A stretch of 64,000 nucleotides of DNA from Rhodosorus marinus CCMP1338 (GCA_029953675.1 JAMWBK010000009.1:1178001-1242000), one strand, 5' to 3'; numbered from the stretch's first letter, positions 48,854 through 63,224 are shown. Notes: a model not told the origin generated them from the letters alone. Numbers and translations: made by a program.

Positions 48854-50034
48854 TCAACCTTCAAGCACTAGTTCCTCAATGCTCTCAATGTCCCAACCCA
48901 AGTCCGCCTTCCTCACCTGGACTTTCTCCAAATCCTCAGCAAAGGCCTCTATGGTTTCGGAACTATTTGAACAGAACGGCAGAGCAACACCATGAACGTC
49001 AGGCACACCACTTATTCCTCTACAGCCACCTGACCTGCACGGTCTTCGTTCAATACTCACTCGAGACTCTTGATCCAGCGGTAGTAGTCATTAATGTAGA
49101 GGCGCTTAAGAATCTCCCAGTCCTCGTCCTCATCGAAAAGCTTCCACAATCGTACGAGGCATCCGAGCATGGCTTTTCTACCGCTGCGGACTACACTCTT
49201 AAGATTATCGAGTACCGTAACGGCAAGCTTGAAATTTCTGCAGAGCGTATAGGCTAAGCTTCTCCTAAACGACGTTACAATCGCTTCGTCGAGGCTTTCA
49301 TAAGTCTTCAAGAACACATCAAGGAAGGCGAAGCGATGAAAAGCCAGTTCAGAGCCTGGTCATCGTGCCTCTTGAGGTTGATCTTGAGGTGCAGTGTGGA
49401 TACCGCGAAGCAGGAAAGGGTGGCGCTGAGCTGCGATATTGTAAGCGCTGATTCTACGTTGAACTCTCCCTCGGTGATTCGGCACTCGTGAAGAAACGCG
49501 AAAATCAGATCGGAGAGTCCATACAAACAGCGGTTGATCGATGACTCCTCAACAGGGAGCGGAAGATCGGACCCCATCTCCAGTTCCTCGCTTGCTTCTT
49601 CCCTCTCGAGCTCGCGGATCTCTAGGGTGAAGGCGATGTAATCTTCAGCCTCGTCTGGCATTCTAAAATCAGCCCTGAACAAGATAGCACCAATGAAAGT
49701 ACGTCAATCAGAATTGCGTTCGTGTCCTGGTCCGGGTTGAGCCCGACATGGAGCGATCCTACACGTAGTATTCGGGGTCAAACTTTTCGTCCTCTGCAAT
49801 CCGCCTCATCTGAGAGCGGTGCTCGTTCGCGATGTCAGCCGGATATTGCTGATTTAGAGTGAGCCCGGCCGGCTCTGAATTTCCTGAAAACAAATTAGAG
49901 AATCTGTTGTTGAATCCAAAGGTGTGCTCCGGGTTCTCGCACGAGTCCTTCTCCGCACCAGGTCCTTCCACATGAGCCTTCACATCCTCAGCGGTTGCCA
50001 TTTTGTCCTTAGTTTGCTGATCCCTATCCTCCAT
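48854..50034 (-). CDS. SHQ1: H/ACA snoRNP assembly factor SHQ1 (SSD domain; no CS domain seen)
   Basis: Multi-exon. TFGFNNRFSNLF, RRIAEDEKFDPEYY, LIFAFLHECRITEGEFNVESALTISQLSATLSCF, FRRSLAYTLCRNFKLA, LKRLYINDYYRWI, KADLGWDIESIE. Confidence 0.85.
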
Positions 50035-51126
50035 TCCTCCTCTTTTATCAAGCCGGTCTCTTCCCTACGCTATTTTTAGCGTTTTCTAAAATCAGCGCCT
50101 CATCTGATCTGCCGAGCACACCGTGCTCGTAGCCAAACCACCGCTGCTGACTAATAACTTTGCCACTCCCGTGCCGCCTCCTCCTGTCTGAAGATTCTGC
50201 CAGATAAAAGCGATCCTGTACTTCGTCAGAGCAGGTTTATTTTCATGATAGAATGGGGTTTTCCAAACTCTCAGCAACGCCCGCCCATCAAACCTCCTTC
50301 CCACCCCCCCAACGCCAAACCCCAAAACGACTAGAGGCAGTGACTTAATCAACTTCCAGTTTCGCCCCGCCGATATCACAAAAACATTGTTTCAAATAAA
50401 TTATAGAACATTTCTCAATTATTATAATACTATTGGACTAAATATATCTATTTTCCAAAACTTTATTCATACTATTTGGATGAGGCCCGATTTTCGCCCC
50501 TTACGCATCAGAACCCAAAAACGTGTATTATAAAATAATTTGTGTGTTGATAATTTCTTCTAAAACTATTGGACTAAAACAGTTGTATACTAAAGAAATT
50601 ATTGAATTGTCTGCATTTCGCTTCCTTGTAAACAAATGCAATACATGTTTTAACAGATATTTTGATAGGATCGGATGTGATTGGATATAAATATATGTTT
50701 AGTATAAATAATTTAGGAGATACACTGTCGATGAGGGACATTTTCTGTACTGATGAAAATATAATTACAAAATGAGAATCGGAATCAGCTCGGAAGGTTC
50801 AAGTGGATCAAGGTGATTGAGGGTTTTGGGGACCACCGCGCGCAGTTTGTTGTTGTTGCGGAGCGTTGGCATGGGAGACTCTGTTGGTGGGCCCACGCCA
50901 GGTTTTGTATTGATGTGGATGATTAGTGTTACTTAACTGGTCTCTGACTTGGAGTTGAAGAACGGAAAACCAGAAGAGGAGGAGGAGGACAGATGTGTTT
51001 TTTGGTGCATGAAAGTTTGTGAGGGTTGGGTTTGGGGATGGGGTAGAGGTGGATAGGGATGGGATAGAGGGCTTTTTGGGGGGTTTTCGATGGGAGATCG
51101 TGTCAGTTGTGGACACGGATAATAGG

Positions 51127-52712
51127 ATGTATGGTTCCTGGCTGGTTTGGGCTCTCGTGTTGCTAATTGTGGTGGTGGTGGTGGTGACGTTGAGGAACGT
51201 GCTGGTGTTGAAGTTTGGAGCTCTCTCAGCGATTCCACAGATCGGGAAAGGTTCGCGTGAGCTGTATGGCGTTCGCTTGCTGCAGAACATTTCGCTTAAC
51301 TCGGGCGATTGCGATGCTTACAAGGTTGCCGCTGACTTGGCGGACATCGCCGATTCCTTGCCAGGAGTGTTTGTGTTACCCGGAAGTCTCCTGAGCAGGG
51401 AACGGATCATAATCACGAGCCCCAGCGCAATTCGTAAAATAACGACCGATGATGTCTTCGATAAGCCAGGTTTTGTTAAGACAACACTCGGAGGTACTTT
51501 TGGATCGGACTCCATGTTATTTGCTATCGGGACAAAGCATCGGCGGTTGAGGAAAGTTGCTGTAGATCTTATTCATCAAGAAACACTTCACAAGAGCGCA
51601 GGTGCATTCTTCAGAGCTGGGCGTCGGCTAGCGGAAACCTGGTCGTCTGCAAAACCACCAGTGGAAGCCCACATTGAGAACATGAACACGACTCTTGGTG
51701 TGATTACCGAATCGCTGTTCTCATGGGACATTCCAGAGAGGACTCGATTGCATAACTTGTATGTTGCAATGTTCTTAGAGGAAGCACCCTCGCCCTTGGA
51801 TCTGCTCACTGGCTACATATTACCGTACGGTCCTCTTCTCATTGGATATCGGAATGCACGAGCAGCCAGAGAGGTCCTATGTTCTGTGATCGAAGAACGG
51901 CGCAGGAATCGCAATCCAAGCCGCGCAGACCTCCTCGAGCAGCTGCTGAGTGCGCTGGACGCCGGGATGGTGGACATCGACGAGCTCGTTTCACAAGTAC
52001 AGACGCTTTACGTCGCTGGGTTCTCCACCACTGCGATCTGGCTGAGTTGGTCCATGTACTACCTCGCTTCGTCCCCGAAATGGCAAGAGAAGGTCCGCAC
52101 GGAGATTGCTTCCATCGATAACATTCAGGACGATAACGAGCGCCTTTCACGTCTTGACTCACTGCCACTCCTGCACGCGGTTACCAAGGAGGTCCTAAGG
52201 CTGCACCCGCCGATCACGGACACGCTGCGTCAGAACTCTTCGGATGTTTGTATTGATGGATTCAGGGTACGTGCTTGCCGTTCGAAACCTTGCAGTTTGA
52301 TGTAATTAGAATGGATGCTTGGCGTTGTCCCACGCAGCCCCTGGCATAGGTAGGAGCTTTCAACTCCGTAGCTGAAATCCATTCATATGCTGTTTAGATT
52401 CCAAAGGGTACGCTCCTAAGGATACCGATCGGCTCTGTGCATCGAATGGAAAGGTTTTGGGGGACAACGGCGAACGAATTTGATCCGGCTCGGCACTTGA
52501 ACCTGAACGGAAATGGTTCGGCTTCAGGCTTATGGCTCCCCTTCTTGACCGGTCCTCACGCCTGTATCGGAGGCCATTACGCTCGTCTAGAAGTAAAAGC
52601 TATTCTCTCCGAGCTGGTGAGAAAGGTATCACTCTGCGACCCGAGGATGGGGATTTGCAGAACAACTTTGGGGAATCCAAGCAACTTTTCCCTGCGTGCT
52701 GATTCTCTGTAG
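51127..52712 (+). CDS. Cytochrome P450 with N-terminal membrane anchor
   Basis: Exons 51127-52266 and 52398-52712. I-helix YVAGFSTTA, EVLR (ExxR), FDPARH, heme motif FLTGPHACIG. Confidence 0.92.
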
Positions 52713-53159
52713 GCGTCCACGGAAGCAGCCTCGCTCGCGGAAGAATTCGGAGATGACCTTTTTTCGGAGCAACTACCCCCTAATATGCTACTAACTGTTA
52801 AAAACAGAACCAAACCGCCCAATACTAATCAAGTTCATATGGACACATACTCAAAAAGAACAAAGGGAAGAATCACACTAGGCGCTCATCACTCGCGCAT
52901 GGCGCATGGTCTTGTCCTCTACTTTGTCCTCTCCTTGCCGTGCACAAAAGCAATAGTAAACCCATTCATTGGATGAGGACTTTATCCTTGCGGACTTGTA
53001 GGGAAGCCGCAAAAAGGCTTTCTGAAGAATACCATTCTCAGACCTGGATCCGATCAATCGATTCCAGGCCATCCAAACTGAACTAACGTAAGCTCCTCTT
53101 CGTAGTGTTCCTTGAAAAGGGACACAAGAACGGAGTGATCGTGAGGAAGCTGGTGCACC

Positions 53160-53455
53160 CTGTCGATGCGATCGCAGTCGCTCCGAAGCGTCTGTTAACA
53201 TTGTTTGGCCGCTAAGCTAGGGCTTGTTATCCCTCAGAGCGTGGTGGGTTGATCCAGCCTAGAAGCTTGGTTACAGTGAAGAGCCAGAATGGAGCTTACG
53301 ATGATACTGTTGTGCAGACTCCTTCACACCGCTGGCATTGTTGCCCTTGCCGTCGTTAACCAGAGTAGTTTAGCTTCCGTCGTCCTGGTGCTGGACATCG
53401 ACCAGAGTCCATCGGTGACGCGGTGTGTCTCTGGTGTAGGTCCCCCCCAACCCGC
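53160..53455. repeat. Degenerate dispersed repeat, copy A (copy B at 56276-56515)
   Basis: Shared blocks GATCGCAGTCGCTC, CTCAGAGCGT, CACACCGC-GGCATTG, GAGTAGTTTAGCTTCCGT and CGGTGACG occur in the same order on either side of ARP8. Confidence 0.75.
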
Positions 53456-54041
53456 GTCCTGTCGACTCTGAGAGCTGCTGAAGCCAGAAAGAGGCACTTT
53501 ACGTCGACACGTACGTTGACAAATGCAGAGTTTCGGGAATCGATCATGCGGGCATCGTCTTTGTGCCGTTCGTGACAATCGAGTCGTTCGAGTTTTCCTG
53601 GTGGTAAGGAGGGAGTTGCTTGGCTCAAAAGACTGCTTCCGTGAGCGCGGCAGGCTGCACTCTTCCAATCCGTGAACGGCTCACTTCAGCTTGCATGTTA
53701 TAATCAATGAAACACTGGAATTTCATGCGCTCAAGAGCCGTCTTCAGTAGTTTTTAGTGTCCTCAGAGTAGGTCGTCTTGAAGGGGAAGCTGGTCGGGGA
53801 GGTTGGCTTGGAATGTTAATGATGCAGATGGAACAAGACCCTTGAGAGAAATTGGTATTCCTAAGAAAGCCTGCTTGAAGTTTCTTGCGAGGAACAGCAG
53901 ATGTAGATCTCATTTTTCGCACATCGAACTTTGCTTATCAAGTGGCTGTTGGAGATGTAGAGGGGTTTTTCATATATTGTTTATGTTAGGCAGTTGTTTC
54001 TTTTTGCGTTGGGGGGAGGAAGGAGTGTGTAATTGGAAACG

Positions 54042-55715
54042 ATGGAAGATACGAAAGTTGCCACGCCCTTAGAAGGAAACGGAGTGAGTAAGGTGGAAGG
54101 CGAGAAACTTGATAGTGGAATTAAGGGTGAGAACCTTTTGCAGAATGGATCTGGATCGGCCGGTTCCGGGGTTGATCCCATGGACACTTCTGCGGTTGGG
54201 ACGACCACGGTGATTCAGCTCGGATCGTACGTGACCAGATATGGAGGGCCGAATTTCGTTACCCCAAAGTCAATGCGCACTGCCGTCGCATTTTCACGAC
54301 TCGCGAATGCTCCGGACAAAGCAGATGACAAAACTTCGGAGGATGATGACATGTGGAGCGAGGAGACGTTCGATGGGACCCTGGATAGCATCGTAACTAA
54401 TGCTAGAATGCTCTCTAGGCGCCGTGGAGGCGGTCGACCAGTCCCATGGGCCTACAGAGTTGAGCAACTTGATACGAAAGCTGCTGAAGGCGAGAAAGTG
54501 GACGCCATGACGGTTGTGGAGGATGGTGCCAAGGTCCTGGTTGGGAATGAGGCTATCACAGTTCAGAACGACAAGCGCTACGATGTCATTGAGCCCATTA
54601 AAGCGGGCCGACTGAATTGGGAGTATAGATCAAAAGGCGCGGTGAGAGAATCGCTTCACATCCTAGTGAAAACAGTTGTACAGGGATCGGATTCGGTGAT
54701 CCTGATCCTGCCGGAGCAGGCGACGAGATCGGATGTAGCGGAGGTCGTTGACCTCACATTTCAAGTCAACGGCATACAACGGGTGTTTGTTCACCATAGC
54801 TCTGTTGCCGCCGCGTTTGGAGCGGGACTTTCATCATGCGTCGTCGTCGATATCGGACATTCAAGCGGCTATGTGGTTTGTATGGAAGATGGAACGGCGG
54901 TTGCAGATTCCAGAGTAAAAATTCCTTATGGTGGAAGAGAGGTGTCCGCCGCGATCCAGGTTATTGCGGATCAGTACTGCGAGAGGGATATATGTGAGGG
55001 AATCGACGACAGCGATGAAGAGGCGGTGCTCGTCGCGGTCAAGGAACAGCTTTGTGATGCCTCGGGTGAGGACAACGATTCTCTGGCAATCACGAACGTA
55101 GCTCTCAAGGACAATAGGAACCTGCGGGTAAGTGTAGGTGTAGGCCTGAGAAGTGTGGCAGTGAGTGGGCTGTTCTACCCGAAGCTGCTTCAGGTTCTTA
55201 GTGGGGCACCGCAGAAAGTGGCACCGGCAGCTGATGATGACGATAGTAAATGGTTCGATTCATTGGTTGATGATACAGCGAGGGCCGCTAGGGCCGCTGC
55301 TGCACGGCCCCTAGGATTCTTTAGCACTAGCTCGAATCCGTTGCCGGCTCTAGATGAAGCGGTTGAAATATCCTTGTCGAGGGTTGTTGAGGGTAAACCG
55401 GCGGAGAAGAAATCTGAACTGAAAAGGTTTCTGGGTGCCGTGCTATTGGTTGGTGGATCTTGCAAGATTCTCAACCTCGGTCGGGTCCTAGAGCAGCGAT
55501 TGAGAGCGATAGTCGAGAGCAAGTGGCCGGATATTGATTCTAAAGTAGTAGAAGTCGTCGTGGGAGAAAAGGATATGGATCCATCTGAACTCGCCTGGAA
55601 AGGTGGAGCAGTCATGGCTCATACAGAGTCAAGCGTGGATTTTTACGTGCACATAGATGAATGGAAGGCGCACAGCGTTCGTACTCTGAGGGAAAAGGCG
55701 CCGTTCTTTTGGTGA
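54042..55715 (+). CDS. ARP8: Actin-related protein 8 (INO80 complex; plant ARP9-like)
   Basis: Intronless. VIQLGS, EPIKAGRLN, FGAGLSSCVVVDIG..VVCMEDG, YGGREV, VLLVGG, MDPSELAWKGGAVM, EWKAHSVRTLREKAPFFW. Confidence 0.85.
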   Translation: MEDTKVATPLEGNGVSKVEGEKLDSGIKGENLLQNGSGSAGSGVDPMDTSAVGTTTVIQLGSYVTRYGGPNFVTPKSMRTAVAFSRLANAPDKADDKTSEDDDMWSEETFDGTLDSIVTNARMLSRRRGGGRPVPWAYRVEQLDTKAAEGEKVDAMTVVEDGAKVLVGNEAITVQNDKRYDVIEPIKAGRLNWEYRSKGAVRESLHILVKTVVQGSDSVILILPEQATRSDVAEVVDLTFQVNGIQRVFVHHSSVAAAFGAGLSSCVVVDIGHSSGYVVCMEDGTAVADSRVKIPYGGREVSAAIQVIADQYCERDICEGIDDSDEEAVLVAVKEQLCDASGEDNDSLAITNVALKDNRNLRVSVGVGLRSVAVSGLFYPKLLQVLSGAPQKVAPAADDDDSKWFDSLVDDTARAARAAAARPLGFFSTSSNPLPALDEAVEISLSRVVEGKPAEKKSELKRFLGAVLLVGGSCKILNLGRVLEQRLRAIVESKWPDIDSKVVEVVVGEKDMDPSELAWKGGAVMAHTESSVDFYVHIDEWKAHSVRTLREKAPFFW

Positions 55716-56275
55716 AGAACGAGAACCTCGGAGTCTCAAAATGCCTGGTTGGAACAGCCTTGGCTCAGGAATTTACTTTTTGTATTGTACATTTTATGAA
55801 GACAAAATTGGTAACATAGCATGTTCAACTTGCTTCTTCTTACACTGCGGGAAAGTGTATAGGCTAAAGCCCCAGCCAGACCTGTCGCCAAGGCGCCCCT
55901 AAGGTTGATCCAGAATAAGCACAAAGTCTCATCGATAGGGTCACACCTTTGCAGCTACAAGCAGGCGATCACCGATGCTGTGTAGAGCACCTTTTTTCTT
56001 CCCATACCTGCGCTTGTTGAGGGAAGCCTCCTTCAATCCGGGAGAAAAGATCTTTCCCTCGTCTACATCTCTTTCTAGTGCAAAAGCTGTCCTAATTCAC
56101 TTCCGATAGGCTCAGCCAGCGACTCGTTTCGCTAGGTATCGCATGACTCCCATGAAGACGACGGTGAGGTGGTGAGATCCCGACGAGCCTTGTCCATACC
56201 AACCATAGATGCATACACAGAGTTTTGACGATGTTGACTGGCTTCTCCGTTGAAGTCAGGTGCCCTGACGACCCT

Positions 56276-56515
56276 AACGATGTGATCGCAGTCGCTCGAA
56301 GACTCTAGAGCGCAACGCTATGGGCTCATTGTCCTTGCTCAGAGCGTAGTCGGTTGATAGAGCATAGCAACTTGGTTTCGATCACACCGCAGGCATTGCT
56401 GCCCTTGTCCTCGTTCTTAAGGCTGACGGGAGAGTAGTTTAGCTTCCGTTGTCGTCGTGGTGCTGGAGAATGACGAGAGCACCTCGGTGACGTGCTGTGT
56501 CTCAGGTGTGGTGTT
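56276..56515. repeat. Degenerate dispersed repeat, copy B
   Basis: Colinear with 53160-53455, with indels. Confidence 0.75.
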
Positions 56516-56632
56516 AAAGGGTGAAGGTGAGAGACAGATCTCCTTCATGGCAGATTGATTCATTGTCCTGGTGTCGATCTGGTAGGTTAAGCTTGAGTTG
56601 CTTTGTTGCCTGTTGGGGTTTGGTTGGCCTGG

Positions 56633-57452
56633 ATGGAGAGCATAGAGGGCGCTGTTGTTGTAGTGACTGGTGGTGCTCAGGGTATAGGCTTCGCTACATG
56701 TGAGGAGGTCTTGGCTAGGGGTGGAAAGGTATCGATACTGGACTTGAGCGAGGAGAAGGGATTGGAGGCCTTGTCGAATCTGTGCAAGAGCTTTGATGCA
56801 GAGAGAGTCTTGTTTCTCGCCTGCGATGTTTCGCGCAGGGAGTCGGTCGTCAAGGCCTTGGAAGAGACGAGGTACCACTTTGGACGCCTTGATGTCCTCG
56901 TGAACAACGCGGGGATAGGGTCCGGAACACCGGAAATGGTCATGGAAGTCAATTTCCACAGTGTGGTATCCGGTACGAGAGTTTTGGCGTCCTTATGACT
57001 TGTTCTGCCCGCTTCGAGAGGCACTGATTTCTAACGAGGATCTAGTCCATACCTTAGGCTCGGAATACGGTTGGGAAATGAGAACCAGGACAAACGGCCC
57101 ATCGGTGATTATCAACGTTGCCTCTACCGCAGGGCTTGTTCCATTAGAGCAGGCACCGATTTATACTGCAAGCAAGCACGCCGTCGTGGGATACTCCCGT
57201 GCCATTGCTCGGAAAGCGAAGAAAGACTCAGTTACCGTTCACTGTATGTGTCCAGCGTTCACTGACACAGGGCTAGTGAGGAAGCTGAAGGATCAGCTCC
57301 GCAAGTCGACACTGGAAAAGGTTGGAATTCAGGAGCCCAGTGTTGTTGCAGAAGGTATCGTGCGTCTAATGACGACAGAGGAGCCGCTACTGGTTGCGTG
57401 TACACCAGAAAATCCTTTCAAGGTCCTAAACCGCAACAAGCCAAAGCTCTGA
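56633..57452 (+). CDS. Short-chain dehydrogenase/reductase (15-PGDH-like), C-terminal PKL
   Basis: TGGAQGIG, CDVS, LDVLVNNAGI; intron at about 56972-57057; INVASTAG, catalytic YTASK; ends NKPKL*. Confidence 0.9.
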
Positions 57453-57577
57453 TGAACAGATCTCCGTTGAAATTGTATAGAAACTATTTGTTTATATGGC
57501 CGCATCACGTCAAGGAATAATGTATCGCCGCTTGTGTAAGCCTACAATCCTTACTCAAGCTCTTCGGAGCACTAGGA

Positions 57578-58176
57578 CTACCAGGTGGGGATGTCCTCTT
57601 TGACCTCAAGGTCAAGCTGCTGATCATTCGGCGTCTCGTAGAATTCTTCAGTTTTTTCATCATGTACGACCTTTCCCAGAGACTTTTCAATGGCCTTGGT
57701 TATTTCCACGCACTTTGATCCCTTTACACCGATGACCTTGTTTTGTAGGATATGAAATGGGTCAGCGCGAAAGCCAAGTCAGTAGAATACGGGTCATGCT
57801 CTACACACCTTTTGCTCAACTCGCCCTCCAGGTCGAATAATGAACTCAATCTTCTCCAAGTGGCCCCTATACCCATCCCAAGAGCCCCCAAAAAGACAAA
57901 AAAAGGAGCGCAAGCTATTTGAGTATTGATACACCGACTTCCTGAAGCGACAAGCCGGGTCAAGTATTTTCTCATTCGGAGAAGACAAACAAAACAAAAA
58001 TCCTCAAAACACGCCTTCCGACCACCTTACCCAGACTGACTCCCCTCTCCATACCCACCACCAACACCACTGCTACTCCACTCAGACGACATAGAAACAG
58101 CTCGGGACCTCGAACAAGAAGTGCTCCTCATTCCCCGTCCACTCAACACCAATCCTCCCCCAGTAAACGCCATCAT
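57578..58176 (-). CDS. Plastid-targeted DUF2997-family small protein
   Basis: Transit-like MMAFTGGGLVLSGRGMRSTSCSRSRAVSMS, then spliced LEKIEFIIRPGGRVEQK / VIGVKGSKCVEITKAIEKSLGKVVHDEKTEEFY, matching the cyanobacterial DUF2997 pattern. Confidence 0.75.
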
Positions 58177-59534
58177 AGACCCTGCGACCTGCCACAGAAA
58201 AAAAAAAAAAAAGCCAAAAAGAAAACAACTCGCGTTTCCCAGCACCTTTATAACATGGAAAAACCTCACGGAACCAAAGACGACTTTCGAAAACCTCAAA
58301 AGCTTCTTCTTCTATACCGAGAACCCCAAAACTTCCTCTTCTATACCAACCTCCGATCTCTAAAACAAACTCGTTTCCCCCGCGGTCATTAAAAAGGGCT
58401 AAGCAGAGTCCTCTTCCTCACTAGCGACCTCCCAGCGGCCTCCCAACTTTGGGACGTCCCTAGTTCGTGGGACAGAGGGAAGAGAGTCGTCGTAGAAGTG
58501 GTCATCTGAATCTTTTAAGTTTGTTTTGTAATTGTTTCATTTGGTTTTCTGTTTTATTGTACATATGAACGGAGAATAAGTGAGCGTCCCCCATCAAACT
58601 GGCGGACCTGTTTGAGTGACTCTTTCTCCACTGGCAGAGCCCTTCCCGTTCTTGAACTGTAACCCTGTTGAGAGTGGTAGATTCTTTTGGGTTGCAGCTC
58701 GTAGCTATTCTTTTGCTATCGTTTTTGTTGAATTTGTAGCAATTAGTCACATGCTTATGGCTCCCCTCTCCAAACCGGGTAGCGTCTAGAGCTGAGCCAA
58801 CCGGCCTGAAGCAATGCATTTCCCGGGATTATCTGAGCGGAGGGAAAGGTTCTTCAGCTACAGGTCGTAGCTATTAGTTGCTCCGTTATCATGTCCTAAG
58901 AGACCAACCCGACGCTGTTGGTCTTCCAGTAGAAACCATAGCATCCAGGAACATCAACTGGACTTTGTTCGGCTTCCTGGTCCGAAAATTCGCACCTTCA
59001 CAGAACAACCAAATACAATCTGTTTTATCCAATACTGATCAATCTCGGTCGTGATATTAGTAATATTGGAGATATTACTCACAAATCAGAACAGAGGTAG
59101 GAGAGGGTGTCTTAAATATTCCTTTTTATAAGAGTTTTGTAGGTGTATGATAGATATTTTTCGGGTAGACAGAATTTGCATTGAATTCCGTAGTCTATTA
59201 TTGAATATTTTTGAACGTGCTTGGTTGTTGGAGATGGCAATTTGATGAGTTTGTTTGATTTGGTTATAATTTTAGGGTTCTTGTCGTTTGGGGGTTGAAA
59301 CGTCGGGGAGGGATCGTGGATGCCTTTGGGGCGGATAGGACTACCTGTCGAGGTCAGTAGGCTTTGTCTAGTGATACCCACAGAGTTCTCCTACGCTTTT
59401 GTTCTTGAATATACCGCCTTCAAGGTCCGATCTTGTCAGAGGTTAGGAGCGTATACCCGAGCTATATGCTGTTGTAGTTTCTACAGGTTTATGCGAGATT
59501 AGTTCATATGTTAGATCGATCCTTAAAAGGTCCA

Positions 59535-61245
<1,711 letters not shown>

Positions 61246-62080
61246 TCAACGGCCTGGAAAAGTTCCAAAACTCATCCAAAAGTTTCATTCACTCTATTTT
61301 TTGAAAAAGGGGATCCTAGATCGTTTTGAAGGGGCTCTGGCGCGTCTGGTGGCCTGGTATGATACACACTCTATCGACGTCTGCCTTTTTATTACTACTA
61401 CTCACTGACGAGGCCAGTGGTGGAGCCATCTAGCTTTCGTGGCGTTACTCCTGCTAATGGCGCAATCCGCAGCAGACTTTGGAATACTTTCATGTCCCAA
61501 GGAAAGTCTGACACACGCACGTCGATACATTCCTCAAAGTATCTAGCTGAGCTCAGGGCTTCAAAGACTAAATGAAGCAATCGATCCTGATCCAGCTATT
61601 GATGTTCAATTCTTCAGGGTTGGTTCCCAACGAGGTCACGGCCCAATATGTTTTTAAGATGAAGCGAGACGTTGAAAGGAATGTCTAGCTCCATAAAGAG
61701 CGCCTGGTTGTGCAAGGCTAACCGGGACTGGCCCTAAGGTCCAAGCTAGTGCATGTCACACGACGATTTGGATCCCCGCTCAGCTCGTACCTCTTCTTTT
61801 ATCCAGTTGGTATCAGACGCTCTGCCGATTCATTATCATCTCTTAGTGACGCTCGGGTACTGGGTCGTGTGAACACCCTCAAAGCAAGTACATGCCCTAG
61901 TGCATCGCCTGCCATGACATGCGTTGAGGAACCAAAACCAGCATGAGCGGTGGACCTGCTAGTGTGAGGGCCTAGCCGACCTTCTGGTTTCTCACCGCCA
62001 AAAGTTCAACTCGAATATCGTTTTTGGGGAAATGAGGAGTTGTTGGTCTATTTACAACGGGAAGACGCTAGGGCCGAGAC

Positions 62081-63224
62081 TTAGTCTAGAGAGTACCCCA
62101 TTTTCGTGAGCACCTCTAGGGCGAGGTAAGCTGCCGCCATGTTGTTGCTCTGGAACGTTCCGGCAAGTAAGAGTTCCTTCACTTCTCGAATGGGGACTCC
62201 CCTTTCGACATGGAGGTCTACTTCTTCGGAATCACGTTCGTTCGGATTTTCGTCCTCCTCCTCATCAACGCATAGGTACATGTAGATGCGTTCCCTTTGG
62301 TACTTATCCTGCATGTTTTGCAAACATTGTCTGGGCGCTTCAGTGGGATAGTCCAGCAGCCACTGCAAGTTCTAGACAGCTGCGACCAACGGCGTGAACT
62401 AAGCTTTCTTCGTGGGGGTAGGTAATAACCTGCGTTTCATATTTGTAAGATACAGAAACCTTCGGCCAAGTCTCCTGTCCATTCTGAAACAGCAGTATCT
62501 CACCACGAAGATAGAAGGCTCCGCCATTGGCCTCAGCACTGAGGAGTTTAAAGAACATGGTCTCGTTTTAAGGGGCTTGTTACCCTACCTGTGGAACACC
62601 ATTTGTAGCTGAAGGGCTCAACATGTCAATCAAGTTGTTGCACGTGAGCTCCGCTTCCTCATCCAGTTCCTGCCTAGCAGCGTCCAACGGTGACTTGTGT
62701 TTGCTGGCTGAGACCATTCCAGTTGGAAAACCGTACACAAACCGGTCATGCGCTGGATTGTATTCTTTAATCAGCGTCATTGTCCGCGTACGTGTTTCGT
62801 ACGGTACAATAATGACGACTGAAAATGTATTAGTTTTCCAGTTTCGGCCCCAGCTAGATATCCCGGGTTTCATGAGCGTGTGAGAATACATCAAAAGGTA
62901 TAGTCAGTCGAGCACCCTGGCTCGATACCAGAGTCGAGAGGGTTTTAAAAAGGAGGCTTACATATCGTAGGCGAACTTCTCTCCATTAGGATACTCCACA
63001 ACCCTATCATAAACTCGGGCGTACCTCTCGTAGACTGGGGAATCTGTAATGATTCTGTAGCTCTCAGCATGGTCGATCAACTCCTTCAGTCTCCGCTCAG
63101 TGGCCTTCGCAGTCTCAATAGATATCCCTACCTTACGCTGCTGATACATAAACACGACCAGAACGAGCAAGGACAAGCACCCAGCGGCTACCAAATAGGC
63201 GCTTCTCCCTTGAACCAGCTTCAT
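62081..63224 (-). CDS. Nudix hydrolase with N-terminal signal/TM anchor
   Basis: Three exons. Hydrophobic AYLVAAGCLSLLVLVVFMY; YARVYDRVVEYPNG; TLIKEY; Nudix-like box GFPTGMVSASKHKSPLDAARQELDEEAEL; GVPQ/DKYQRE. Confidence 0.82.

Noticed and set aside
58502-58990. Cys-containing minus-strand frames downstream of QTRT1
   Set aside because: Multiple stops and no recognisable family; cannot be supported as a gene.
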